Source of the DNA: Eledone cirrhosa
Lineage: Eukaryota
Assembly: GCA_964016885.1 (NCBI GenBank)
Contig: OZ024742.1
Coordinates: forward strand, 254,882,001-254,946,000
Direction: 5' to 3'
Length of the DNA stretch: 64,000 nucleotides
In this document: positions 38,410-51,835 of the stretch, piece by piece
How positions within the stretch are numbered: position 1 is the stretch's first letter
How the letters are laid out: every line of letters starts with the position of its first letter
Position numbers and translations under genes: made by a program
Notes under the pieces: generated by a model
Database searches by the model: none
What the model was told of the DNA's origin: nothing
What the model saw: the letters and a program-made list of their open reading frames with translations, nothing else

Positions 38410-40590
38410 TGATAACTGGAATTTCTTGTGTGACAACTTACTGCAGGCTACTGAAGAAGCTTGTGGTTGGGGCAAAGCTTCAACCAGACAGAGAGTGACC
38501 TGGTGGTGGAACAGCACGGTAGATAGGGCCATTAAAGACAAAAGACTGGCATGGAAGGCTTGGAAAAATGGTGGAAGTAGGGAAGGATACACAGCCACTA
38601 AGAGATAAGCTAAATGTCAGGTGTACTTAGCACGCAGGGAGACTGAGAGTAGGAGGTTTGCCAATGTTCTGCGACGGGAAGATCAGAGACGTGTGGTGTT
38701 CCGCATTGCAAGGTAGTGTGTCAGTACAAATCAGGATGTTGTTGGAGATAAGTGTATCCGGAATGATGCCGGTGTACTTAGTGTCACGAATGATAAAAAA
38801 GGAGGCCTGAAAATGTCACTATGAGAGACTGATGAATATGGAGAACAAATGGGACAGAGAGAAATTACCCCACTAGACCCAACAGAGGGACCAGCTATTG
38901 AGATTGACGAATATAGGGTACAAGAGGCAATTAAGGAAATGAAGAATGGTAAGGCTGCTGGACCGTCGGGGATAGTTGCTGAGATGCTGAAGGCATCAGG
39001 AAAAGTAGGCACTAAACTGGTTGCACGCATCATCAATCAAGCTATATATGGTGGTGTCATACCCAAAGACTGGTGCAGCAGTATTCTCATAAATTGCTAC
39101 AAAGGTAATGGGGATGCTCTAGAGAGGAGCAATTATAAGGGAATGAAGCTGATGGATCAGGTTATGAAAGTGGCGGAGAGAATATTAGCGCAACTAATTA
39201 GAGAAAGGGTCAAATTAGATGAGATGCAATTTGGTTTTGTGCCTCGGAAAAGTACAACAGATGCCTTCTTCTTAGTGAGGCAACTACAAGAAAAGTTCTT
39301 AGAGAAGAATAAGCCACTATACTTAGCTTTTGTTGACCTAGAGAAGGCCTTTGATAGGGTACCGCGATCTGTCATCTGGTGGTCCCTAAGGAAACTAGGT
39401 GTAGAGGAATGGCTTGTGGGGACAGCGCAAGCTATTTACAGGGGTGCTGTCAGTAAAGTGAGAGTAGGTATGGCGTTTAGTGAGGAATTCCAGATAAAGT
39501 AGGTGTAGATCAGGGTTGGGTCCTCAGCCTGCTCTTGTTCATTATAGTCCTCCAAGCCATAACAGAGGAGTTTAAGACCCATAGGAACTTCTCTATGCTG
39601 ATGATCCGGTTCTTATAGCAGAATCAGTAGAGGAGCTAGAGAATAAATTCTGGCTATGGGAACAGCAGCTGGAATCAAGAGGACTGAGAGTGAACATAGC
39701 TAAGACAAAAGTGTTGATGAGTAGAACAGAGGAGAATACTCTGATTCCATCATGGAAATAGCCATGTTCAATATGTAGGAAAAGAACTGGCATAAATTCC
39801 ATAAAATGTACGCAATGCAGATCTTGGGTACACAAGAGATGTAGTGGGATAGCAGGCAAACTAACAGGTAGGGAAAATTATGTATGCCGTAGATGTACTG
39901 GGAAGGTTGGCAGTAGTAATCGCATTGATAGACACATTTTTCCAATTCAAGTGGGTACTATAGAAGTGGTTGTTAGCTTCCGGTACCTAGGTGATCAGAT
40001 TAGCACGAGAGGCGGGTGTTCCAAGGCCATATTATCTAGAATAAGGACGGGCTGGAAGAAGTTTAGGGAGCTGCTTCCTCTGTTGACAAAGAACGGTTTC
40101 TCGCTGCGTATGAAAGGTCGGTTATATGATGCCTGTGTGAGATGCACGATGCTGCATGGTAGTGAGACATGGGCAGCAACTGCAGAGGATATGCGACGGA
40201 TGGAGAGAAATGAAGCAATATTCTCCATTGGATGTGCAATGTCAATGCGCGTGAACGACCAAGCATAGACGAGTTGAGAAAGAAACTGGGTATAAGAGGG
40301 ATAAGTTGTGGTGTGCAGGGGAGAAGGCTGAGATGGTATGGACATGTGATGCGCATGGAGGATGACCGCTGGGTAAAGAAGTGCCAAGAAACCCCAGTAG
40401 AAGGAAGACGCAGTAGAGGTAGACCACAAAAAACATGGGCGGAGGAGGTGAGAGCAGACCTCAGATCGCTGAAACTCACGGAGGAGATGACGCAGGACCG
40501 TCACAAGTGGAGAAATGCTGTGCTAAATAGGACCCGTCCAACCCTTGCAAGCATGGAAAAGCGGACGTAAAATGATGATGATGATGATGA
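38410..40590 (+). mobile_element. 5'-truncated RTE-clade LINE with RT and an inserted PHD-like finger
   Basis: TWWWN, KAAGPSGI, QFGFVP, FVDLEKAFDRVPR, LLYADD, FRYLG, RLRWYGHV, GRPQKTW and a (GAT)n tail; stops and frameshifts. Confidence 0.95.
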
Positions 40591-40974
40591 TATATATATA
40601 CATATATATATATCAAATTAAAAAAAACCGAGTTAAAGACTCACATCAATCCCCTATAATTTAATGAGCTTAAAGAATAGATTTAGAGGTCTTAATAACT
40701 CATTATATAGAGAGACGTGTGTTTCGTCACATGAAGTAGAGCTTTTTAATTTGAATGGTCTGAGCTGCTGTTTTTAACGGTCTTTTGGTCCATTCCCACT
40801 ATCATGTGCTATATAGCGCACATATCTTTTCCCTCTACCATGCGTGTTGTTTTTTAGTTATCTGATATATTTTTAGAAGTGTGGATCATATTGTTAGTCC
40901 ACCTGCCAAAGAACCATCTACAATATGTAATCTTCACTTTTTGTGGCGAAACACACTCTAATTTGAGTGAGTCC

Positions 40975-41192
40975 TGGGTGCTTTTTTTACCGTGGCACCT
41001 ACACGTCCACTTTACAGTGGAATGATAGGAACCCCAGTCCCTATCATCTCATTTCTACAGCTGAGTAAACTGGAGCAATGTGAAATAAAGTGTCTTGCTC
41101 AAGGACACAACACATCACCCGGTCTGAGAATTGAACTCACAACCTTTCGATTGCAAGGCCAATGCTCTAACCACTAAGCCATGTGCCCCCAT
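40975..41192 (-). mobile_element. tRNA-derived CORE-like SINE
   Basis: Minus-strand TGGCTTAGTGG head, B box and CCTTGAGCAAGACACTTTATTTCAC core. Confidence 0.85.
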
Positions 41193-41319
41193 CATATTAA
41201 CTTCAAGTGATTAGCAATTTTTAGACAACTTAATCAATGAAACAATTGTTAATACTGTAAATAAAACCCTTTTTGTACTGTTGACCATGTTATTCTTCAC
41301 TCATTCACTATATATATAT

Positions 41320-41661
41320 AAGGTTGTGAATTCAATTCTCAGACCGGGTGATGTGTTGTTTCCTTGAGCAAGACACTTTATTTCACATTGCTCCAGTTTA
41401 CTCAGCTGTAGAAATGAGATGATAGGGAATGGGGTCCATATCATTCCACTGCAAAGTGGTCGTGGAGGTGCCAAAAAAGCACACAGCCCACACTGTAAAG
41501 TAGACGTGTAGGTGCCACGGTAAAAAAAGCACCCAGCACTCACTGTAAATGAGGTTGGTGTTAGCAAGGGCATCCAGCTGTAGAAATCAAGCCAGAACCA
41601 GTTCCCGTCCCACCCTTGCAAGCAGGGAAAAGCGGACGTAAAATGATGGTGATGATGATGA
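41320..41661 (+). mobile_element. Headless SINE of the same family with RTE-derived tail
   Basis: Closely matches 40975-41146 in inverted orientation; ends CCCTTGCAAGCAGGGAAAAGCGGACGTAAAATGATG like the RTE at 40540-40590. Confidence 0.85.
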
Positions 41662-41704
41662 TATATATATATGGAGGCACATGGCTTAGTGATTATATAT
41701 ATAC

Positions 41705-41795
<91 letters not shown>

Positions 41796-41796
41796 C

Positions 41797-41830
<34 letters not shown>

Positions 41831-41852
41831 GTATATATATATATATATATAC

Positions 41853-41934
<82 letters not shown>

Positions 41935-42279
41935 CGAAAGAGGGAAGAATAATATGGTCAACAGTAAAAAAAGGGTTTTATTTACAGTATTAACAATTGT
42001 TTCATTGATTAAGTTGTCTAAAAATTGCTTACACTATCCACAATACGGAGTATTCACAACCTCTGACTGGATTACTTATAATGATAATTTGTTATCCCAT
42101 ATATATATATATATATGTATCAATTGGGGATCAAGAAAAAAGGTATTAGCCATATAAGGGGATTAATTCAGTCTACTATATCTTTAATCCCTCCCTACAA
42201 AATGTGTGGCCCTGCAATGATTATCCATAAATATTAAACTGTGAATTTGATTTTATTAAATTTTTCATAAAAATATGCA

Positions 42280-42780
42280 CCTAAGCAGGTCTAGCTAGCT
42301 TCCTGTGTGGTCGTTCTCATAGGATGTTTTGGAGGTGTTTTAATGATAGGGGCTTCCAGTTTTATCATGTTGTTACAGCTCATATCTACGTAACTTTAGC
42401 TATCTTCCTATGAGGTTGTATCGTGGCTGTTTCAATGATAGGGACATGCAGTTTTGTCATGATGTTTTGGTTACAGCTCAAAACTATGCTAGTTTAACTA
42501 GTTTCCTAGGAGGTTGTATCTCATAAGATCTTTCTTGGGTATTTTAATGACAGGGACCCCAGTTTTATTATGTTGTTACAGCTCATACTTATGGAGGTTT
42601 AGTTAACCTCATATGCAGTTGTATCACATAGGATGTTTTAATGATAGGGGCCCCTAGTAGTATTATGTTGTTATTACACCTCATACTTATGTAGGTTTAG
42701 CTACCCTCCTATTATGTTGTATCTAATAGGATGTTTTGTGGATGTTTTGATGAAAGCGGCTCAATCTTATCATGAAATAC
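42280..42780 (+). repeat. About 100-bp satellite, 5 diverged units
   Basis: AATGATAGGG recurs at about 42342, 42434, 42546, 42640 and 42749. Confidence 0.85.
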
Positions 42781-43211
42781 AGCCAGAAATAAACATCTTG
42801 CTCAAAGAACCCAACACATTATAGGGTTCAGAAACTGAACTCATGACCTTATGATTGTGTATTTCACACCTTAACCACTAGGCTACACAACATCACTAAT
42901 TCGGCTTTTCCAATAAAATGTATATGGAAGTGCAATTTAGAATTTATACTTGATATTTGGTTTTTGGTTTTTAGTTTTTAGTTTTATGCTTTCTGTTTCT
43001 TGTTTCTGCTTGTGTTTCTTGATATGACATCTTTAGGTTTCTTTAAAGCATTTTTAGACACGTAAAGAGATTAGTTACTTACTGTCAAGTCGATATATTT
43101 CTAGTGCTGGCTGCATTGCTTAGCTTTAAGGGGAAAAAACAACAAGAACTAAATATATGGCAAAGAATGAATACAGAAAGATCTTTTCCTCCAGTTAGGT
43201 ACAACAACTAA

Positions 43212-43273
<62 letters not shown>

Positions 43274-43620
43274 TCACCAAGGATAATATATATATATATA
43301 TATCCTTTGTGAATATATATATATACACCAATACATTTGGATAGGAATTTATAAATTGTTCTGATTGGCAACTTAGTTCGCTGGGGGATTTTTGCAATAT
43401 AATGTTTCTACATTATTATTATTATTATTACTATGGGAAAAATTGTTTTCTGCTTTTTATGTCTTTTATGTTTTTTGTTGTTGTTTTAAAGTCAAAGTTT
43501 AACAAATCCATTCATTTTTGTTGGTGGTGTTGCTTTTAAAAGAAAGACAGGATTTTCTGAGAGCTGTCACATAAATCACACTACAGATATATTTGCATTT
43601 ATTCTCAATTTTCTACAGAC

Positions 43621-43679
<59 letters not shown>

Positions 43680-43896
43680 GATATACACATACACAGAGAC
43701 ACACACATTCATATATTATATTTCTACACAGTAAAGTACAACATACAAGTTTTGTTTTTTTAATGGAAGGTGCTTCAAGTTATGTTTAAATAAGTATTGT
43801 GAATTTGGCTGATTAAAATCAGTCAAGTAAGGAATCTTAGGTTCATATCCTATCCTACCTATGGTAATGTGTCGTGTCCATCACTAAAGTACTTAA

Positions 43897-44678
43897 ACCT
43901 TTTCATACCAAACTGGCTGAAACTGCCCCTTCTTTCTACAGTATTTTGCTGTTTATTTTAAAATCTTTATTATTAACATGATTATGATGTTATGACTGTT
44001 TTCCATGCTGACACAGATTGGGTGGGTTATCACAGTCAAAGACTTGATGGATCGTACACAATTCCATGCTGACACAATTCTGGATGGCTTGTCACAATCC
44101 AAGACTAGATGGGTCAGACAAAAATTCTGGATGGAGGTAGTCTCAGTCTGAGACTTGATGAGTCAGATATATCTCTGGAAGAGTTGTCACAGTCCAAGAT
44201 TTGAGGGGATCAACATAACTCCATACTGACACAGACTGGATGAATTGTCACAGTCCAAGATTTGATGAGTCAGACACAACTCCATACTGCACAAACTGGA
44301 TGATTTGTCACTGTACAAGATAAATGGACTGGAGACAAGTCTTGATGGAGTGTCACAGTCTGACTGATTCTAGATGAATCAAAGACAATTCATCTAGCTG
44401 ATACATTCCATATTTGGCATGGTTTCTATGACTGGATGCCTTTCTTAATGCCAATAACTTTACAGAGTGTACTGTGATAAGATTATGTACATGATTATAT
44501 TTATCTAAAAGCCTTCCACCACAATTTTGTGTAAGACACTTTGTTAAGTTATATTCCAAGTACTGATTTTATGAAAAAGTTAATTATATTACAAACACTC
44601 TCTAAATTTTTGAATACTTTTAAAATTATTAAAAAATAATATTCTGTGTCTTTCATTAGAAATGTGGTAATGAAAGGG
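43897..44678. mobile_element. Possible piggyBac-type MITE with internal insertions
   Basis: TTAA-ACCTTTTCATACCA ... TGGTAATGAAAGGG-TTAA: imperfect TIRs with TTAA flanks. Confidence 0.45.
44000..44390. repeat. Degenerate 45-60-bp minisatellite
   Basis: CTGGATG..TTGTCACAGTCCAAGA.TTGATG units. Confidence 0.8.
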
Positions 44679-45189
44679 TTAACTCTGAAATGTCCTTTCC
44701 CTTGGAACTGGAAAGTTCTCTCAACTATTTTTAGGACGGTTTCTGTGGTTGCAAATTGTCGTGGCACAAGCATTAGAGGGTTGTAAATAAGGACAGCTAT
44801 ATAAATGGTACCATGAATATCGATATTAATACAGAAAAACAAAATTTACAGCAAACACCTATGTAGGTTTGGCTGGCCTCCTATGATCTTATATCTAATT
44901 GAAGGTTTCTTTGGTGTTTTAATGATAAAGGCCTCAGTGTTGTTGTTGGCATTACAGTTCACACCTATGCAGGTTTAGCTGGCGCTCTACGAATTTGTGT
45001 CCTATATGTAGGTTTCCTAGGTGTGTTTCATGAGTGGATGGATAACTTGTAAGTGTATGTGTAGAGGTGAAGGCTAAGAGAATCAACTGTGACAATAAAG
45101 TGGGTCAGAGGAGAAGTCAGGGTACACCAACTTTATTCATTCAGAAGGGAGCATGAAGACACACTGAATGGTTAAAACGATGGACAGTG

Positions 45190-45555
45190 GCCCTACACCT
45201 TGCAGAGGCTCAGTTTTCCAGAGGCCCACTGTTCTATATGAAATACTACAACTAGGGCCCTAAAATAGCTCACTCTTACATGGGTTAGAGCCCTCCAAGG
45301 GGCTCACTATTCTATAGAAAACTACTAGAGACATGCAGAAAGCTCACTGTTCTAAAGGAAATAATATAGCTAGGGCCCTCCAGAGGTTCACTGATTCTAT
45401 AGCAAACACTGCAGCTAGAGCCTTCTAGAAGGCTTATTGTTTCATGAGAAACACTACAGCTAGAGATATCCAGATGCTTATCATCACATGTGAAACACTG
45501 TAGCTAGGGACATCCAGAGGTTCAATATTATATAGAAAACACTACAGCTTGGGCA
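45190..45555. repeat. About 44-bp minisatellite
   Basis: CCAGAGG.TCACTGTTCTATAGAAAACACTACAGCTAGGG units, period about 44. Confidence 0.85.
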
Positions 45556-45734
45556 AACAGTACATATATGCATGTGTAACATTCAAACACTTCAACAGGT
45601 AGGTAAGCTACATAGTGTCACCAGGGTAATGAGACAGTGTGACCTGAGCATTGTTGCTATGGTAGGCACATTGGAGTTGGGCTGAGTACTACAACATTTC
45701 AGAGAATGAACTAGTTATCTCTCTCTCTCTCTCG

Positions 45735-45830
<96 letters not shown>

Positions 45831-46516
45831 TAGTTAACACAAAGCATTCTGAGATATATAGTAAAAGACAGATAATTTTCAAAAAGCCAGTACAATGTAG
45901 TAGAAATATATAAAGGGCAAATGATGATAAATAAAACAATATATTTCAACATGATATTTCAGAGCTATTACCCTCTTTTCAGATCTGAAACTGAAACAGT
46001 TCAAACCAAAACAGTTGATTGAAATATTCTTCCCAAACTGATCTATGTGTCTATAACATGCATGTGTGGGTTCACAACATTGACCATTCTGCTTCATGCA
46101 TTTCTGATCTATTATTTATCCTTGATTTTATCTGGTTGGTGATAATAGCCATTGTAATCCTTAAATTGCCCATATTCCTTTCTGTCACTTTTATGTTGAC
46201 CTCACTTTCTAGGCTATGGCATCTATTAAGATGATTTTTAATGGAAGAGACTCTCATCATGTGCTCCTTGATCCATATAGGCAGCATCTGGATGCTACTT
46301 CCAATGCACGAGGAGCATTTTGCATGTGATCTTATAGACCATATCCCATCTCATGAAAAGCCCTAAGAGGTTCATTCTGTCATTACCATAACAGAAGTCT
46401 GACGAGCTTTTGATTCCAGAGCCGGGCCAGACCAATGCACATCGAACCTTGAGCTGATCAATATCGAAACGCACGCCACTACTCAATAAATGTAATGAAG
46501 ACCTAACAAATCATCC

Positions 46517-46568
<52 letters not shown>

Positions 46569-46569
<1 letters not shown>

Positions 46570-47223
46570 GTTGCATTTATCTTGCTTTATGTTCATACGA
46601 GTTATCACCAAGTCACAACCAGTGACCTCAAGAGACAACTAGGTCCGCCATGTTCAAGAAAGAACATACATACACACACATGCATCTTTAGGTGTTTAGA
46701 CTTGTGATGTACTTATATTGACAGAATCTTCCTTAGTATATGGGCAGTTTCCATTAGTACTATCTTGTGTATTTCTCCTATACGCGGGTTTCCTGGGATT
46801 TGTGATAAGTAATCATTAGACCCCCTAGGTATCATTCCCAGAGCGCCTACAACCACTGGTATTGTTTTAGTTCTCAATTTCCACATTTTTCCAATTTCTA
46901 TCTCCAGGTCCTTATACTTGCTCAATTTTTCAAATATTTTTATAGATACATTCTTGTCTATTGGAACGGACATATCAATTAGCAGGCATACCCTATTTTT
47001 AAAGTCCTTCAGTATTATATCAGGTCTATTTGCATCTATTTTTCGGTCTGTTTGGATGCTAATGTTCCACAAGATTGAGATGTGATCTTTTTCAAGTATG
47101 GAAGGTGGTTGAAGGTCCCACCAATTCTTTTGATGGGGCAGGTCAAAATGCTTACACATCCAATGTATGTATTGTGCAGCTCTGTCATGCCTGTTTAGGT
47201 ATTCGGTTGGAGCTATATGACTG

Positions 47224-47224
<1 letters not shown>
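46569..47224 (-). mobile_element. 5'-truncated R4/Dong-type LINE (RLE domain) in (TAA)n
   Basis: RHD...IHW, TDRKIDANRPDIIL...LIDMSVP...EKLSKYKDL...PVVVGALG; (TTA)n on both flanks. Confidence 0.9.
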
Positions 47225-47272
<48 letters not shown>

Positions 47273-50200
47273 GGTCTAAGCGGACGTATTTTGCTCGCTC
47301 AGAGTAAGTCGCTTTATTTGCCTGTTAAAATTATTTGTTGTTAAATATTTCTTGTTGTGTAAGGGATATAAGCCCTTAGACTTTTCCCCGTAAAGCGGAA
47401 GGTATAATATTTGGGCCTTTTGGCCCAAATATTTGAACTTTTTTACATGTTAAAAAATTTACGAAGAAAAAAAAATGGCTGAGCCACGCCCCAGCGATAT
47501 GTCGGCTGTCGTGTGACAACGGCGTAGAAGTTGAGAGGAGCGCTAGACAGATTGTGACGACGAGGAGTGGGAAACTGTATCAGGAAAAAAGAAAAAAAGA
47601 AACCAGAAAAGAAAAAATTCTCTTCCTTCCCCTTCCAAAAACAAAATACAGAGGGAAACAAATAAATTATCAAACAAAAAAGTTAGGACAGATAAGCCAC
47701 CATTCACACCAGCATCACCAACCCCATCACCACAAACAACAACACCATCATCATCATTAACGCCAACACCACCATCACCAACACCACAAAGGTCACCAAA
47801 AAGCGTAACAGAAACAAACCCACAACAAACGCAAACAAAACAAAACAACCAAAACGATACACACTACACAGCATTAAATTTGAACAACAACCAATTATTA
47901 CACTACATCCAACACAACACCAGCATCACAGAAAAAGACTACACAACAACCCAAAAGTTCACACCACCTCCACACATACAAATCACTCGCATCACACAGA
48001 AAACGTTAAGGACACTAAAACAAAAATTCCCCAAAGACATCGGAGACTACCGACAAGCACTCTCCAGGAGGAGTTATAAGGACATCCTTCCGGAGGAGGC
48101 CACAAACAGTGAAAAGATGGAGAAACCATCCTTCCTCAAGGAGAAGTAAGGTAAGTGGTCTTTCCCATCTTTTCCACTCCTTTTCAACATGACCTCACTC
48201 AGAATAGGCAGCATAAATGCGCGTGGCTTGGGGTCGTCATGGAAGCAGGGCCACCTGCTCAACGACCTCAGGTCACTAAACATAGATGTAGTGGCCATCA
48301 GCGAGACCAGAATCTCCGAAGCACAGGCTTTCGCACCGATCTTCGGCGGCTACGATGTGTACGCATCTCCCAGCCGTCCGGGATCGGGAGGTGGAGTTGC
48401 TGTGCTTTTTCGGAGAGGTTTGGATCTTGCCATACGGGTCATCTTCCTGGACCCAGAAGGTAAGTTGGTGGTGCTGGACGTGACCAGCGGAGACGGGCAA
48501 GCTTTCAGGCTAGTGGCCATCTATGCCCCGACAGGAGCAGGGCGGCCTGATTTCTTCCGGCATCTGGAGACCTTTCTTGGAAGTCCCGCTCTTTAGTGTT
48601 AGTGGGCGACTGGAACGGGATCTTAGATGCACGCTGGGACTGTGTGGGATTAGCGGATAGGGGAGGAGGGTGCAAGAGCCTCACTAACCTGCTTTTGAAC
48701 AGGCGTTTTGAACTGTCTGACAGGTACAGATTGGGTTTCCCGAATGTGCCAATGTGGACTTGGACAAATCGCGTAGGGTCATCCAGATCATATCTAGATA
48801 GAGTATTTTGTAGGGAAATAGATAGGTCTAGCATAGGCTGTCCACAATTCAAGATAATCAGCTACACGGACCACAAATTCGTGATCTGCGTGCTTGACTT
48901 AGATAGGCTTCATAGATGAGGACCCGGCTACTGGAAGCTAAACGCGTCCTTACCAGCGCGCAAGGCCTACAGAGACCGGATTAGCGAACTAGTTAAGCGG
49001 GCGTTGACGGGGGCCATCGTCAACAACAAGTAGTGGTTTGCTCTGAAAAGAGCAATTAGAATAGAGTCCATTAGGTTTAGTAAGGCTTTAGCAATAGAGA
49101 AAAAAGAGCAGAGGGAGAATTAGTTAGAAAATTTGACGGGGCGCTTAGCAAAGGCATTGCGACCGACGTACTTGCGGCGAAATTGCCCTTTGACCAATTC
49201 TTCAATGCAAAGCTCGAAGGCTGCGTTGTCAGAGCTAGGGTGCGTGCTCTCAGACACGAGGGGACGAAAGCCGTTCAATGGGCCCTAGTGGCTGAGGCGC
49301 GTTGTGGCAACAAAGCCATGATCCGGTCTTTAGTGGACGACGACGGGCGCATGCTACTCGATCCCGGGCAAATGTGTAAAGCTTTTCAGCGACACTTCGC
49401 TCAGCTGTTCGGGGGGCAGCGGCGGGCCGGATCGAGGGATGGACATTAGTGTCTACCTCGACGGACTGCCGCGGCTCTCGGCCACTGAGGCGGAGTGTTG
49501 CGAAAAGCCGATAACAGCAGCTGAAGTACGGCAGGAAATGACTGGCTGCACGAGTAGTAACTCGCCTGGTTTGGATGGTCAGCCCTATGAACTTTACGTA
49601 CAGATGCCAGACTTGTTCGGAGGCCTCTTGGTGGACGTCTGCTGTAACGGGCAACAGAACGGGAGAATTTCCAGCTCTGTGAGCAGCGGAGCTGTGGCGC
49701 TGCTGAGAAAGGATCCGAACAAGGGGATAACATAGATCATTTTCGGCCCATAACTCTGTTAAACACAGAGTTCAAGATTTTGGCCAAGGTGCTAGCAAAG
49801 AGGTCGGCGCTTGTCGTTGGCAGTCGGGTGGGAGAGGCGCAGACGTGCGCCATTTCCGACAGATCCATCCACGACAACCTCCACCTCATGCGATACATCG
49901 TAGAGAGGGTAGATAGGGAACCTGGCACGTGTGGGTCCTTGATCAATTTAGTTCAGTCGAAATCTTTCGATAGGTTCGACCATCGTTACATAGCGGCAGT
50001 CCTGAGGGCGGCTGGATTTGGGCCCGTCTTCAGAGGCTGGATCGCTGCCATGCACAGCGACATCTGCTCTGTGGTGAGAGTGAACGGTCACCTTTCGGAA
50101 CCGTTCAACATCATGCGCCCGGTCCGCCAAGGATGTCCCCTCTCGTCCTCTTGTACGTATTGACTCTCGGGCCATTACTGCACAAACTTGAGACGTTGAG

Positions 50201-51822
50201 GGGCGGTCCCCCGCGAACTAGGATGCGGAAGATGCGTGTCAGCATATGCGGACGATGTCACCGTAGTGGTGTCGAACGCCAAACATCGAGGCGATCGGCA
50301 CTACACTAAGAGAATACGAAGCGGTGACAGGAGCAATGATCAACCAGGAAATGTCAGTGGGACTGCAGCTCGGCACCTGGAGAGGAAGGTCCATTCCGTC
50401 CAACAGCGTCGTCGGGCGCTGGTCGGATTGACCGGTTCAATTGCTCGGCGTCTGGTTCGGACCGGACCTCCAGACGGACAAAAACTGGGATGAGGTGACG
50501 AGCAGGGTGGCTTCTCTCACCCAGAAATGGGCCGAGAGGAAGCGATCCCTGAAAGGTCGAGCGGAGGTGCCGAAAGTGTATATTGCGTCCGTCATCTACT
50601 ACCGCCTGACCGTCGTACCTTGTCCTAAGCCCCGCCTGACTGCGCTGGAGCGTTTGCTCTTTCGCTTTTTGTGGAAGGGACGCGCTCGGATGGTCAGGCG
50701 GTCCATCTGCTGTCAACACCCGCTACGTGGAGGGATGGGAATGCCGTGGCTGATGATGAGCAGACACGCGCTCAGGCTACGTCATCTCCACCTCTTCCGC
50801 GATGGTGATCAGGTGTGGTCGCCGTTTGCTAGACGCGTGTTTCTCCAGCTCGTCTCCTTGACGGAGCTGCAGTCCTGGGTCAAGGGAAGACCGAGAGGGA
50901 GCGCTTGGAGACTGGAATGTCTTCAGGCGCTCACAGCCCTCGACCAATCGGGCAATGTGATCGGTGGAAACTCCACCTTGGCGTTCTAGAGAGGATTAGT
51001 GGAGGGGCAGAGCGACGACGTACTTGGGGAGACTCTAGGCGTCGACGAAAATCAACTGGCCAATCTCTTCGGAAGAACTTTCTGGACAACTTCTAGAAAT
51101 CCCTGGCCAGGCAATGCTACCGAGGATCTTTGCCAGTTCGGGATAAACTCTAAAGGCATGGAGGTGCCGTCAGCCGGGCATGTCCGATATGCGCGCAGGG
51201 CGACGAAACCGTCCTGCACGCACTCGTCCAGTGTCCGAGCATTGCTGACTTGTGGGTTTATGTCGAACACCTGCTGTCGCGTGTAGGACGGATCCAGCTA
51301 TCAGCTGAGTCCATAGTGAGGATTTCCCCGCCCTCTTCCTTTAGCCGGGAAGGGCAGGTAGTTTTTATCTGTCTGGTGGCCATGGCGAAACAGATAGTAT
51401 GGTGGACACGTTTTAAAGGGCTGAAGACGAGCACTTACCTCTTCGCTGATGCCATGATTAACTTTTTCAAATTTCATTTGAAAAGGAAAATCAGGGTAGT
51501 AAGGGAAGTGCTCTCTTCCCAGCTTTTGTTGAAAGATGGGTGAGAGACGCAAGAATGGCCTGAGTATGTGTCTGTAAATTAAAGGTGGAAAACTGGGAGA
51601 GGGCACTTGCCCTGGTGGTCAGGGTCACTGTGGCTTTTTAATGGGCTTTCTCCACGAATGTCCCTCGGAAATCTCCCCCCTATTGGGGAATTGTTTCATT
51701 GTTCTATTATTACATCCTCTGTTTCTTGTTTTTTACACGCAGAAATGCCCATTTGTACCGTTCTGTATTGTCCTGTACTGTCCTTAATGTCTACTTTATG
51801 TAAACCCTTGTGGTTAATAAAG
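47273..51822 (+). mobile_element. Near full-length decayed Tx1/L1-clade LINE
   Basis: 5' UTR and ORF1 remnant (about 47550-48149); ORF2 from 48189 with APE (SINARGL, ISET, GDWN, SYLDR, TDH), RT (PGLDG, RPITLLN, QGCPLS, AYADD), C-terminal finger and AATAAA. Confidence 0.92.
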
Positions 51823-51835
51823 TAATCATTATTAT

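Noticed and set aside
45190-45555. CRISPR-like periodic array
   Set aside because: Units are contiguous and diverged with no unique spacers; no cas genes; eukaryotic context. The same applies to 19455-19690 and 44000-44390.
46020-46500. Second RLE LINE fragment
   Set aside because: Only faint motif echoes (VHW-like); too decayed to support as a feature.
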